From the human T2T-CHM13v2.0 reference genome, Homo sapiens: a stretch of 64,000 bases of DNA. The notes below the pieces were generated by a model. That model did not search any database. It was not told where the DNA came from and worked only from the letters and a program-made list of their open reading frames with translations. Position numbers and translations under genes: made by a program. How positions within the stretch are numbered: the stretch's first letter is position 1; each line of letters opens with the position of its first letter. The stretch lies in the NCBI RefSeq assembly GCF_009914755.1, contig NC_060947.1; one strand, given 5' to 3'. Positions 34,700-55,738 of this stretch are shown here, in pieces.

Positions 34700-35919
34700 T
34701 TAAAAGAAGGAGGGCAAAGTTAAGGCATAGAGTTTTTATTGTTTTGGTCTTTCTTACTTGTTTATGGAAAGTGTTAAGTTGTTATCAGTTTAAAATAATG
34801 GATTATAAGTATTTGCAAGTTTTATGGTAACTCAAGACAAAAAACATAGAACAGATACACAAAAGATAAAAGTCAAAAACAAAAACTAAATCATATCACC
34901 AAAGAAAATTATCTTTAATAAAAGGAAGACATGAAGGAAAGAAGGAAGAGAAGGCCACAAAAGAGCAAGAAAACAAATAACAAAACAGCAGGAGTATGTC
35001 CTCACTTATCAATAATAACATTGATTGTAAATTGACTAAACTCTCCAATAAAAGGACATAAACTGGCTGAATTGATTAAAGAAAAAAGACCCATTGATAT
35101 GTTGCCAACAAGAAACACACTTCACCTATTAAGACACATATAGACTAAAGATAAAAGGATTGAAAATGATAGCCCATGCCAATGGAAACTAGAAAGGAGT
35201 AGGAGCAGCCACACTAACATAAGAAAAAATAGATTTCAAGACAAAAACTATAAGAAGAAACAAAGAAAGTCACTATATAATGATAATAAGGTCAATTCAC
35301 CAAGAGGATATAACAACTTTAAATATATATGCACCCAACATATATCAACTTATATATGTGGAGTACCCAGATATATACAGTTAATATTATTAGAGGTAAA
35401 GAGAGAGATAGAACTTAATATAATAATAGCTGAGAATTCAACACCCCACCTTCAGCATTGGAAAGATTATCCAGACAGAAAGTCAACAAAGAAACATCAG
35501 AAACATTAACGTGCACTAGAGACCAAACGAATTTATTATTTAGAGAACATTTTATTCAATGACTACAGAACACACATTCTTTACCTCAGCACATGGATAA
35601 TTCTCAAAAATAGACTGTATACTAGGTCACAAAAGAAGTCTTAAAACATTCACAAAATGGAAATAATACCAAGCATCCTCTCAGACCACAGTGGAATAAA
35701 ACTAGAAATCCATGACAAAAAGAATTTTGGAAACTATGCCAATATATGGAAATAGAACAATATGCTCCTGAATATCCAGTGAGTCAGTGAAGAAATTAAG
35801 AAGGAATTTGAAAAATTTATTGAAACAAAAGATAATGAAAGTACAACATCCCAAAACATATGGAATACAGAAAAAAACAATAGTAAGAGGGAAGTTTATA
35901 GTTATAAGTGCTGAAAACT

Positions 35920-36260
35920 GACCAGGCACGGTGTCTCATGCCCATAATCTCAACACCTTGGGAGGCTGAGACAACCTGATTGCTTGAGCACAGAAGTGCA
36001 AGACCAACCTGTACAACATGGCAAAACTCTGTCTCTACCAAAAATACAAAATAATAATAATAATAATGATAATAAGATAAAACTTAGCTGGGCATGGTGG
36101 TGTGTACCTGTGCTCTTAAATACTCAGGAGGCTGAGGTGGGAAGGTATCTTGAGGCTGGGAGGTGAAGGTAGCAGTGAGGCAAGATCATACCACTGCACT
36201 AAAGCCCAGGTGAAAGAGTGAGAGCCCATCTCCAAAAAATAAAAATTAAAAATAAAAAGA
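35920..36260 (+). mobile_element. AluJ with an (AAT)n-expanded middle linker
   Basis: tgcttgagcacagaag; gaggtgggaagg; linker aataataataataatgataataag. Confidence 0.9.
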
Positions 36261-37102
36261 ATAAAAACTTCAAATGAACAACTTAATGATACACCATAAG
36301 GAAATAGAAATGCAAGAGCAAAGGAAACCCCAAATTAGTAAAGAAAAAGAGATAAAATAAAGATCAGAGCAGAAATAAATAAAATTTGAAATAAAGAATA
36401 TTATGCAAAACGTTATTGAAACAAAAAGTCAGTATTTAGGAAAGTTAAACATAATTGACAAACCTTTAACCAGACTAAGAAAGAGAGAAGATCCAAATAA
36501 AGAAAATCAGTGATAAAAAGGAGATATTACAACTGATACCACAGAAACTGAATGGATCATAAATGCCTACTATGAGCAACTATACCCCAATAAATCAGAA
36601 ATTTAGAAGAAATGAACAAATTCCTAGATACAACCTACAAAGAGTGAATCAGGAAGAAAACTAAAACCTGAACAGACCAATAACCAGTAACAAGATCAAA
36701 GCAGTAATAAAAAATCTCTCAGTAAAGTCCAGGACCTGATGGCTTCACCACTGAATTCTATGAAATATTCTTTTAAACTGCCACAAATTCCAAACTATTC
36801 CAAAACATAGTAAAGATGGGAATACCTGCAAACTCATTCTACAAGGCCAGTATGATGCTGAAACCAAAACCAGATTTAAAAAAAAAACCATAAAAAAGAA
36901 AGAAAACTATAGGCCAATATCACTGATGAATACTGATGCAAAAATCCTCAACAAAATAGTAGCAAATCGAATTCAACAATACATTAAGAAGATCATCATG
37001 CCCAAGTGAAATTTATTTCTGGGATGCAAGGATGGTTCAACATATGCAAATCAATCAATATGACACATCAAACAAACAGAAGGAAGAACAAAAAGCATAT
37101 GA

Positions 37103-37410
37103 GGCCAGGCTTGGTGGCTCACACCTTTAATCCCAGCACTTTTGGAGGCCAAGGCAGGAGGATCACTTGAGGCCAGAAGTTCAAAAGCAGTCTGGCCAAC
37201 ATGGCAAAACTCTATCTCTACTAAAAAATACAAAAATTATCTAAGCATAGTGGTACACACCTGTAATCTTAGCTACTCAGGAGGCTGAGGCATGAGAATT
37301 GCTTGAGTCTGGGAGACAGAGGTTTCAGTGAGCCAAGATTGTGCCATTGCACTCCAGCCTGGGCAACAGAGGGAGATCATCTTTCCCCCCACCCCCACCC
37401 ACAAAAAAAG
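37103..37410 (+). mobile_element. Old Alu (Jb/Sz-like) with C-rich tail
   Basis: gatcacttgaggccagaagttc; complete dimer. Confidence 0.9.
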
Positions 37411-39829
37411 ATAATTTAAATTGATGCTGAAAAAGCGTTTGATAATTTTCAACATCCATTCATGACCAAAAATCCCTCAAAAAACAGAGGATAAAAGAAA
37501 CATACCTCAACATTATAAAAGCCATATATGACAGGTAGTATCATACTGAATGGGAAAAAAACTGAAAGCCTTTCTTCTAAGAACTGGAACATGACAAGAA
37601 TGCCTATTTCCATGAATGTTAGTCAACATAATACTGGATGTCCTAGCTAGAGCAGTCAGACAAAAGAAAGAAATAAAGTGCATTCATATTGGAAAGGAAG
37701 AAGTCAAATTATCCTTGTTTGCACACAATATCATCCTATATTTGGAAAATCCTAAAGATTTCACATGAAAAAACTATTAGAACAAATTCAGTAAAGTTGC
37801 AAAATACAAAATCAATATACAAAAACCAGTAACATATCTATATGCAGAGAACAATTTTAAAAGAGTTTAGAAACATAATTCCATTTACAATAGCCACACA
37901 TAAAATACCTAGAAATTAACCAGAGAAGTGAATGATATCTATAATAAAAATGATAAAATACTGATGGAAGAAATTGAAGAGTTCACTAAAAAGATAATAT
38001 ATTCCATGCTCACATATTGGAAAAAAATCAATAGTGTTAAGATATTTATACCACCCAAAGCAATCTACAGATTTCATACAATGCCTATCAAAATACCGAG
38101 GTCATTCTTCATAAAAATATTAATAGAAAAAACAATTCTAAAATTGATATGGAACCACAAAAACCCCAGAGTCACCAAAATTATCCTAAGTGAACAGAAC
38201 AAACCTGGAAAAATCACATTATCTGACTTCAAACTATACTACAAAGCTACAGTAACCAAGACAGCATGGTACTGGCATAAAAACAGACATGTAAACCAAT
38301 GGAACAGAACGGAGAACCCAAAAACAAACCTACAGACCTGCAGTGAACTGATTTTGTACAAAGGTGCCAAGAACATACACTGGGGAAAAGACAGTCTTTT
38401 CAATAAGTGATGCTGAAAAAAAACTGTATATTCATATGCAGAAGAATGAAACCAGACACCTGTCTCTCACCATATATAAAAATCAAATCCAAATGGATTG
38501 ATGACTGAAATATAAAATCTCAAACTGTGAAACTACTACAAGAAAGCATTGGGAAACTTCTCCAGATCATTGGTCTGGTCCAAAAATTTTTTTAGTAATC
38601 ACCCACAATTTAAGTAAAAATGGACAAATGGAATCACATTGAGTTAAAAATCTTCTGTACAGCAAATAATACAATCAATGATGTGAAGAGACAACCAACA
38701 GAATGGGAGAAAATATTTGCAAACTACCTATCTGACAAGGGATTAATAACTGGAATATATCAGCAGCTCAAACAGCTGTAGAGAAAACTCTTTAATAATC
38801 CAATCAAAAAATTGGCTAAAATTTTTAATAGACAGTTTTCAAAAGAAGACATAAAATGGTAAACAGGCATATGAAAAGCTGCTCAACATCACTGATCATC
38901 AGAGAAATGCAAATCAAAACTACAATAAGATATCATGTCACCTCTGTTAAAATGGCTTATACCCAAAGATCGGCAATAACAAATGTTGGTGAGGATGTGG
39001 AGAGAAGGGATCCCTCATACACTCTTGGTGGGAATGTAATTTAGTACAACCATTATGGAAAACAGTTTGGAGATTCCTCAAAAAACTAAAAATTTGGCTG
39101 TCATATGATCCAGCAATCTCACTGCTGGATATATACTCTAAAGAAGGAAATCAGTATATTGAAGAGATATCTCCACTTCCATGTTTGTTGAAGCATTATT
39201 CTCAATAGCCATGATTTGGAAATAACCTTAGTACCCATCAACAAATTAGTGGATAAAGAAAATATGGTACACATACACAATGGGGTACTATACAGACATA
39301 AAAAAGAATGAGATCCTGTCATTTGCAACAACATGGATGCATGGATGGAATTGGAGATCATTTCGTTAAGTGAAATAAGCCAACCACCTAAAGGCAAACT
39401 TTGCATGTTCTCACTTATTTGTGGGATATAAAGTCAAAACAATTGAACTCATGGAGATAGAAAGCAGAAGGATGATTACCAGAAGCTGTGAATGATAGTG
39501 GGAGGGTACACAAGAGATGGGGATGGTTACTGGATATGAAAAATAAATAGTTGGAAAGAATAAAAAAGACCTGTTTGATAGCACAACTGGGTGACTATAG
39601 TCAATAATAATTTAATTGTACATTTTAAAATAACAAAAATTACAAGTGTAATTGAATTGTTTGTAACCCAAAGGATAAATGCTTGAGGGGATGAACACGC
39701 CATCTTTATGTTGCCATTATTACCCATTTCATGCCTGTATTAAAACATCTCATGAATCCCATAAATATATACATCTATTATGTATAAAGAAATTAAAAAT
39801 AAAATTTTCAAAACAAGCTTAGAAATTGA

Positions 39830-41545
39830 ACTATCAAAAAAGAAGATATTAAAATGATAAATATTTATACACCAAACACTACAGCACATAAATATATAGA
39901 GCAAAAACCAACCTAATTAAAGGAGAAATAAACAGAAATATAATAATAGTAGGGGATTTTAATACCCCATTCTCAACAATTGACAGGTTAACTATGAAGA
40001 AAATTAATAAAGAAACAGCAGATTAGACAACACTATGGATCAAATAGACTGAAAAGGCATATATATAACACTCTATGCAATATCAATGAAACATACATTC
40101 TTCTCGTGCACACACAGAACATTCATCTGTATACAACATATGTAAGGCCACAAAGCAAGTCTTAACAAATTCAAGAAGACTGAAATCATATCAAGTATCT
40201 TTTCCAACTACTAGGCTATGACGCTACAAATCAGTAACAAAAAGAAAACTGAAAATTTCACTAATATATGGAAATTAAACAACAAACTACTGAACAACCA
40301 AAGGGTCAAAGAAGAAATCAAAATGGAAATACAAAATATCTTGATACAAATAAACAATGGAAACACAACACGCCAAACCTTATAGGATACAGCAAAAACA
40401 GTTCTAGGAGGAAAATGTGAATGAAAAACATCTACATTATGAAACTAAAAGGTCTCAAAAAAAACTAAACTTACACCTCAAAAAACTAGAAAAGCATAGC
40501 AAACTAAGCTAAAAGATTGCAGAATAATGGAAATAATAAAGATTAGATCAGAAATAAATGAAATAGGGAATAAAATAATAAAGAGCAATAAAACTAAGAG
40601 TTGGGTTTTTGAAAAGATAAGCAAAATTGGCAAATCTTCTAGACTAAGAAACAAAGAGGAAATAAATACATAAAACCATAAACGAAAGAGAACCAAGAGG
40701 AGATATTACAACTAATACCACAGAAATACAAAGGATCACAAGAGACTATTACAAATAATTATACACCAACAAATCACATAACTTAAAAGATATGAATAAA
40801 TTGCTAGAAACATATAATCTACCAAGACAGAATGATGAACAAAGAAAAATGAAACAGACCAATACTAAGTACAGAAATTGAATCAATAATCAAAAATCTT
40901 CCAACGAAGAAAAGCCAAGGACTTGATGACTATGTGGCTGAGTTCTACCAACATTTAAAGGACTAATACAAATCCATCTCAAACTCTTTCAGAAAAATGA
41001 TGATGAGGAAACACTTCTAAATCATTTGATAAAGCCAGCATTACCCTAATACCAAAGACAGATAAGGACACTACAAGAAAACTAAACAACAGGCCAATAT
41101 CTTTCATGAACATACATGCAATACTCCTCAATAAAACACTAGTAAACCAAATTTTACAGTACATTAAAAGAATCATACACCATGATAGTGTGGAATTTAT
41201 CCCTGGGGTGCAAGATTTTCTTCTAAGGTCAGGAGGGAGACAAGTATGCCCACTCTTGCCACTTCTATTCAACGTAGTACCCGTAGTCTTAGCTAGAGCA
41301 ATTGGGTAAGAAAAAGTAATAACAGGCATTTAAATAGGAAAGGAATAAGTAACATTATCTCGGTTTGCAGATGAGATGCTCTTATATTTAGAAAAACATA
41401 AAGACTCCATAAAAAGGCTATTAAATCTTATCAACAAATTCATTACAATTGTAATAGATGAAGTCAACAAATATCAGTTACATTTCTACACACTAACAGT
41501 TAACTATGTGAAAAAGAAATAAAAAATTCTGAAGAAACTGTTCCT
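39830..41545 (+). mobile_element. Old L1M ORF2 (continuation of 28900-29590) with an internal deletion near 41215
   Basis: EN to RT homology; jump from cctggggtgcaag to ttttcttctaaggtcagg. Confidence 0.7.
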
Positions 41546-47576
<6,031 letters not shown>

Positions 47577-47825
47577 AGACCTACAATTTGGTATTACATC
47601 AGGGTGACTATAGTCAATAATAACTTAATTGTACATTTTAAGATAACTTGAAGAGTTTAATTGGATTATTTGTAACTCAAAGGATAAATGTTTGAGGGGA
47701 TGGATACCCCATTCTCTATGATGTGTTTATTTCACATTGCATGCCTGTATCAAAACGTCTCATATACCCCAAAAATATATACACCTACTATGTGCCCACA
47801 AATATTAAATTTTTTAAAATTAAAG
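47577..47825 (+). mobile_element. L1MA2-like 3'UTR end fragment
   Basis: Homologous to 39565-39800 (gggtgactatagtcaataataa...aaggataaatg). Confidence 0.8.
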
Positions 47826-47943
47826 TATTTCAAAAACTAAATAAACTAGGAACTGGAGGGAACTTCCTCAACATGGTAAAAAGTATTTATTTAAAAAAAA
47901 TCCCTCCACTAACACTGTACTCAGTGGTATAAAACTGAATGCT

Positions 47944-48242
<299 letters not shown>

Positions 48243-48918
48243 CTAAATGCTTACTCCAAGATCAGAAAAATATAAGAATGCTTAATTTTTCCACTGCTAC
48301 CAAACATTGTGCTGGGAGTCATAGTCTGAGCAATTAGACAAGAAAAAGAGATAAAAGCATCCAAATTGGGAAGAAAGAAAGAAAATTATCTTTATTTATG
48401 GATGACATGGTCCTATATAATCCAAATAATTCACAAGAAATCTACTACAGCTAATTAACAATTCAGCAAAGATGCGAGGTACATGATCCAGGCCAAGAAA
48501 AAAAAAAGTTGTGCTTCTATTCACATGTAATAAAAATTATGAAAAGAAAATAAAGAAAGCAATTCCATTTACAACAGCATCAAAAAGAATAAAAGATCTA
48601 GGAATAAATTTAAGGATGACTTGTACACTGAAGATTAGAAAATATTGTTGACAGTAATTAAAGAAGACCTAAATAAATAGAAATACATTCCATGTTTATG
48701 AGTCATTAGCCTTAATATTGTTAAAATATCAACACCACCCAAAGTCATCTACAGTTTCTACACAATCTCAGTCAACATTCCAACATCCTCTTTTACAGAA
48801 ATGGAAAAGCCAATCCTCAAATTCATATGAAAGTAGAAGCCCCAAATGCCAAAACAATCTTGAAAAAGAAGAACACAGTTGGAAGACTCACACTTCCCAA
48901 TTTAAAACTTACTGCAAA

Positions 48919-49227
48919 AATTAGCAAATATAAAACCCAAAACTATAAAAATCCTAGAAGAGAATCTAGACAATACCATGCAGGACATAGGCACAGGCAA
49001 AGATTTTATGATGAAAGCACCAAAAGCAATTGCAACAAGTGCAAAAATTGACAAATGAAATATAATTAAACTAAAGAGCATCAGGAAAAATAGCTAATGC
49101 ATGCTGGGCTTAGTACCTAGGTGATGGGTTGATAGGTGCAGCAAACTACCATGACACATGTTTATCTATGTAACAAACCTGTACACACTGCACATGTACC
49201 CTGGAACTTAAAATTTTTTAAAAAAAA
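48919..49227 (+). mobile_element. Short L1PA13-like 3' fragment with internal deletion
   Basis: TSD core ttactgcaaa (48909-48918, 49228-49237); junction ctaaagagc|atcaggaaaaatagc. Confidence 0.8.
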
Positions 49228-49659
49228 TTACTGCAAAGTACAATAATAAAAACAGTAATACATGTATGGCCAATTAATTAGTAACAATGGTACTTAGTCA
49301 ATTCAATAGGGAAATAAATGATACCAGAAAAATTGAATTTCCACATGCAAAAGAATAAAGTTGAACTCTACATCACACCAGATATAACAGTTGACTCAAA
49401 TGAATCAACAACCCAGATATATAAGATCTGAAATCATAAAGCTTTTTGAAAAAAAAATGTAGAGGTAAATCATCACGACCTTGGATTTTTTACTGGATTC
49501 TTAGATATGACACTAAAAACACAAGCAAGAAAATAAATAAATTAGACTTCTTCAAAATTAGAAACCTTTTTTAAAAAATTGAAGACTTTTTGTCTTTTCA
49601 CTTTAATTAATTTCCCTTCATTAAAGATTTTAAGGGCATTATCAAGAAAGTGAAAAGAC

Positions 49660-49992
49660 AAAAAAGAATGAAATGTCTTTTGCAACAACTTGGATGGAGG
49701 TGGAGGCCACTATTCTAAGTGAAGTAACTCATGAGTGGAAAACCAAATACCATATGTTCTCACTTATAAGTGGGAACTAAGCGATAAGTATGCAAAGGCA
49801 TATAGAATGGTAAAATGGACACTGGAAACTCAGAAGTGAAGAGGATGGAAGGGGTGGTGAGAGATAAAAACTACCTATCGGGTACAATGTACATTACTTG
49901 AGTGATGGGTACACTAAAATCTCAAGCTTCACCACTATACAGCTCATCCATGTAACCAAAAACCACTTTTACCCCTAAAAGCTATTGAAATA
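49660..49992 (+). mobile_element. L1PB4-like 3' end
   Basis: ttcaccactatacagctcatccatgtaaccaaaaaccacttttacccctaaaagctattgaaata. Confidence 0.8.
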
Positions 49993-50399
49993 TATATCTG
50001 AAGCATCAGGTAGAACACAAGGTCATTCTGGTAATAGAACAAAAGGGGATCCGTCCTTAGGAAATGGAGATGGTGGAGTATAGTGCAAATCCACTCCTGC
50101 CAGTGGATTTCGGTTCAAGATTTTGGTACCCTAGAAACAAGGAAGTTCCAGCCCTTTAGAGACCGCATGCAGAATGCATAGCACTCCAAAATACACAGAG
50201 CTACAAGGTAGCTATTTTGGAGATCTGGCCTTCTCGCCTAAGGATGATATTATGATGAAGGAATCCAACCCATAAACAAACAGCAGCAAAAGCTATGTTC
50301 AGGCCCCAATGGGTCCTGGATCCAGGGCCAATGATGAATAATATCTAGTAGGTTCTAGGAGAAATATGAAGTATCTACTAAAGGCTTTAGGTTGAGGAG

Positions 50400-51035
50400 G
50401 ATGACATGTTCATTGAACAACTACCTTCCAAGGGACTACTCTGGCCCTATGTTAGGTGCTGTGAGAATAGAGATAACAAGACACCTTCCATATTATGACA
50501 AAGCTCATTTCACATTCATCATCCAATTTTATTTGATGTACATGTACACAATTGTTTTGTACTCTTATTGGTTCATAAATATAAATATTGCCTTCATGAG
50601 ATGGTTTAATCCTTTAGAGAATGCACTGGGCCTTAAATTTTACCTTTGTGATGTCTAACACAATGACGGTCACATTAGGCCCGTCATCTAATAATTATTT
50701 GTTGATTGGTGGACTTTTGAAACTTCTAAATAATCCGGATCTGTTGCACTTACTCACTTTTGAGAAACTCTAAACAAAACAAATGTTTATTGAGCATCTG
50801 TTATGTATAAACCATTATGCAAGGTGCTAGAGAAGCTACAAAGATGCAAAAGACAAGGAAGTGCCTGCCCTTGGGGAGTTCACAATCTAGTTGGGAATAC
50901 AGGCTTGAAAAGTAAGTGACATAGAGGGTCCTGAATTCTGAGAGCTTAAGTTTTATCCCACAACAAAGGCAACCCAAAGAGATTTTAAGTAGACAAACAG
51001 CCTATTCAAATCTATGAATTAAGAAGATCACACTA
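50400..51035. mobile_element. Cluster of L2 3' fragments in both orientations; the last one continues at 59560-59790
   Basis: caaatgtttattgagcatctgttatg...cctgcccttggggagttcacaatctag; aagatcac...ggctacagtatggagactggattg. Confidence 0.6.
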
Positions 51036-51578
51036 GAAAGGAAGGGCCAAGATGGCCCAACAGGAACAGCTTCTGTCTGCACCTACCAGCAAGACCAACG
51101 CAGAAGGTGGGTGATTTCTGCATTCCCAACTGTGGTACCCAGTTCATCTCACTGGACTGGTTAGGCAGTGGGTCCAACCAATGGAGGGCAAGCAGAAGCA
51201 GAGTGGGGCATCGCTTCACCCTGGAAGTGCAAGGGGCCAGGGGCCTCCCTCCCATAAGCCAAAGGAAGCCCTGAAGAACTGTGCTACATGGCCAAGTTAC
51301 TACACTTTTCCCACTGTTTTTGCAATATGCAGATCAGGAGATTCCCTCGTGTGCCTAAACCACCAGGGCCTTGGGTTTCAAGCACAAAACTGGGTGGCTG
51401 TTTGGGCAGACACTAAGCTAGCTGCAGGAGCTTTTTTTGTACCACAGTGGCACCTGGTACCCCAGCGAGACAGAACCGTTCACTCCCCTGGAAAAGGGGC
51501 TGAAGCCAGAGAGCCAAGTGGTCTTGCTCAGTGGGTCCCACACCCATAAAGCTTAGAAACTAAGAACTAGTGGCTTCA

Positions 51579-51875
<297 letters not shown>

Positions 51876-52165
51876 AGGGAGGAAGGAAGGAAGGAAGGAA
51901 GGAAGGAAGGAAGGAAGAAAGGAAGGAAGGAAGGAAGGAGAGAGACAGAGAGAGAAACAAAGAAAGAAAGAAAGAGAGAAAGAAAGAAAGAAATTCTAAA
52001 AGAAAGAGAGAAAGAAAAGAAAGAAAGAGAGAGAGAAAGAAATTCTAAAAGAAAGAGAGAGAGAAAAAGAAAGAAAGAAAGAGAGAGAAAAAGAAAGAAA
52101 GAAGGAAAGAAAGAAAGAAACAAACAAACAAACAAAGAAACAAAGAAACAAAGAAAGAAAGGAGA
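51876..52165 (+). repeat. Compound purine-rich microsatellite (GGAA)n/(GA)n/(GAAA)n/(CAAA)n derived from the Alu tail
   Basis: Directly visible; about 290 bp. Confidence 0.95.
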
Positions 52166-53680
52166 AAAATTCTCACCGCCCGCACAGTAGTCTGAAGTCG
52201 ACCTGGGATGATCCAGCTTGGTCGGGGGAGTGGCGTCTGCCATTACTGAGGCTTTAGGAGGCAATTTTTCCCTGACAGTGCTAAGGAGGCTGGGAGGTCT
52301 GAACTGGGGTCATCAACATAAAAGATCAAAGGTAGATAAATCTATGAAGATGAGGAAAAACCAGTGCAAAACTGTGGAAAATTTCAAAAACCAGAATGTC
52401 TCTTCTTCAAATGATCACAACTCCTCTCCAGCAAGGGCACAAAACTGGATGAAGAATGAGATTGACGAATTGACAGAAGTAGGTTTCAGATGGTGGTGAA
52501 TAACAAAGTCCTCTGAGCTACGAAAGCATGTTGTAACCCAATGCAAGGAAGCTAAGGACCCTGAAAAAGGTTACAGGAACTGCTAACTAGAATAACCAGT
52601 TTAGAGAAGAACATAAATGACTTGATGGAGCTGAAAAAGATTGCACGAAAACTTCATAAAACATACACCATACCAATAGCCGAATCAATCAAGCAGAAGA
52701 AAGGATATCAGAGATTGAATATCAACTTAATGAAATAAGGCGTGAAGACAAGATTAGAGAAAAAATAATAGAAAGGAACAAACAAAGCCTCAGGAAATAT
52801 GGTACTATGTGAAAAGACCAAACCTAAGATTGATTGGTGAACCTGAAACTTATGGGGAGAATAAAACCAAGCTGGAAACCACGCTTCAGGATATTATCCA
52901 AGAGAACTACCCCAACCTAGCAAGACAGGCCAGCATTCAAATTCAGAAAATACAGAGAACACCACTAAGATACTCCTAAAGAAGAGCAACCCCAAGACAC
53001 ATAATCATCAGATTCCCCAAGGTTCAAATAAAGAAAAAAATGTTAAGGGCAGCCAGAGAAAAAGACCACATGTCACAAAAAAAGAAGCCCATCAAACTAA
53101 CAGCAGATCTCTCTGCAGGAAAACTTGAAGCCAAAATAGAGTGGGGGCCATTATTCAACATTCTTAAAGAAAAGAATTTTCAACCCAGAATTTTATATCC
53201 AGTCAAACTAAGCATCATCAGCAAAGGATAAATAAAATTCTTTCCAGACAAGCAAATGCTGAGAGATTTTGCCACCACAAGGACTATCTTACAAGAGCTC
53301 CTAAAGAAAGCATGAATATAAGAAGGAAAAACTGGTCCCAACCACTGCAAAAACACACCAAAATACAAAGACCACTGACACTCTGAAGAAATTGCATCAA
53401 CCATTGTGCAAAATAACCAGCTAGCATCATGATAACAGGATCAAATTCACACACAAATATATTACCCTTAAATGTAAATGGACTACATGCCTCAATTAAA
53501 AGACACATACTGGCAAATTGGATAGAGTCAAGACCCATTGGTGTGCTGTATTGAGGAGACCCAGCTCACATGCAAAGACACACATAGGGTCAAAATAAAG
53601 GGATGGATGAATATTTATAAAGAAAATGAAAGCAAGAAAAAGCAGGGGTTACAATCCTAGTCTCTGATAAAACAGACTTT

Positions 53681-55738
<2,058 letters not shown>

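Noticed and set aside
47577-47825. 3' transduction carried by the L1PA3
   Set aside because: No second poly(A) followed by a copy of the 5' flank was seen; a deletion model fits better
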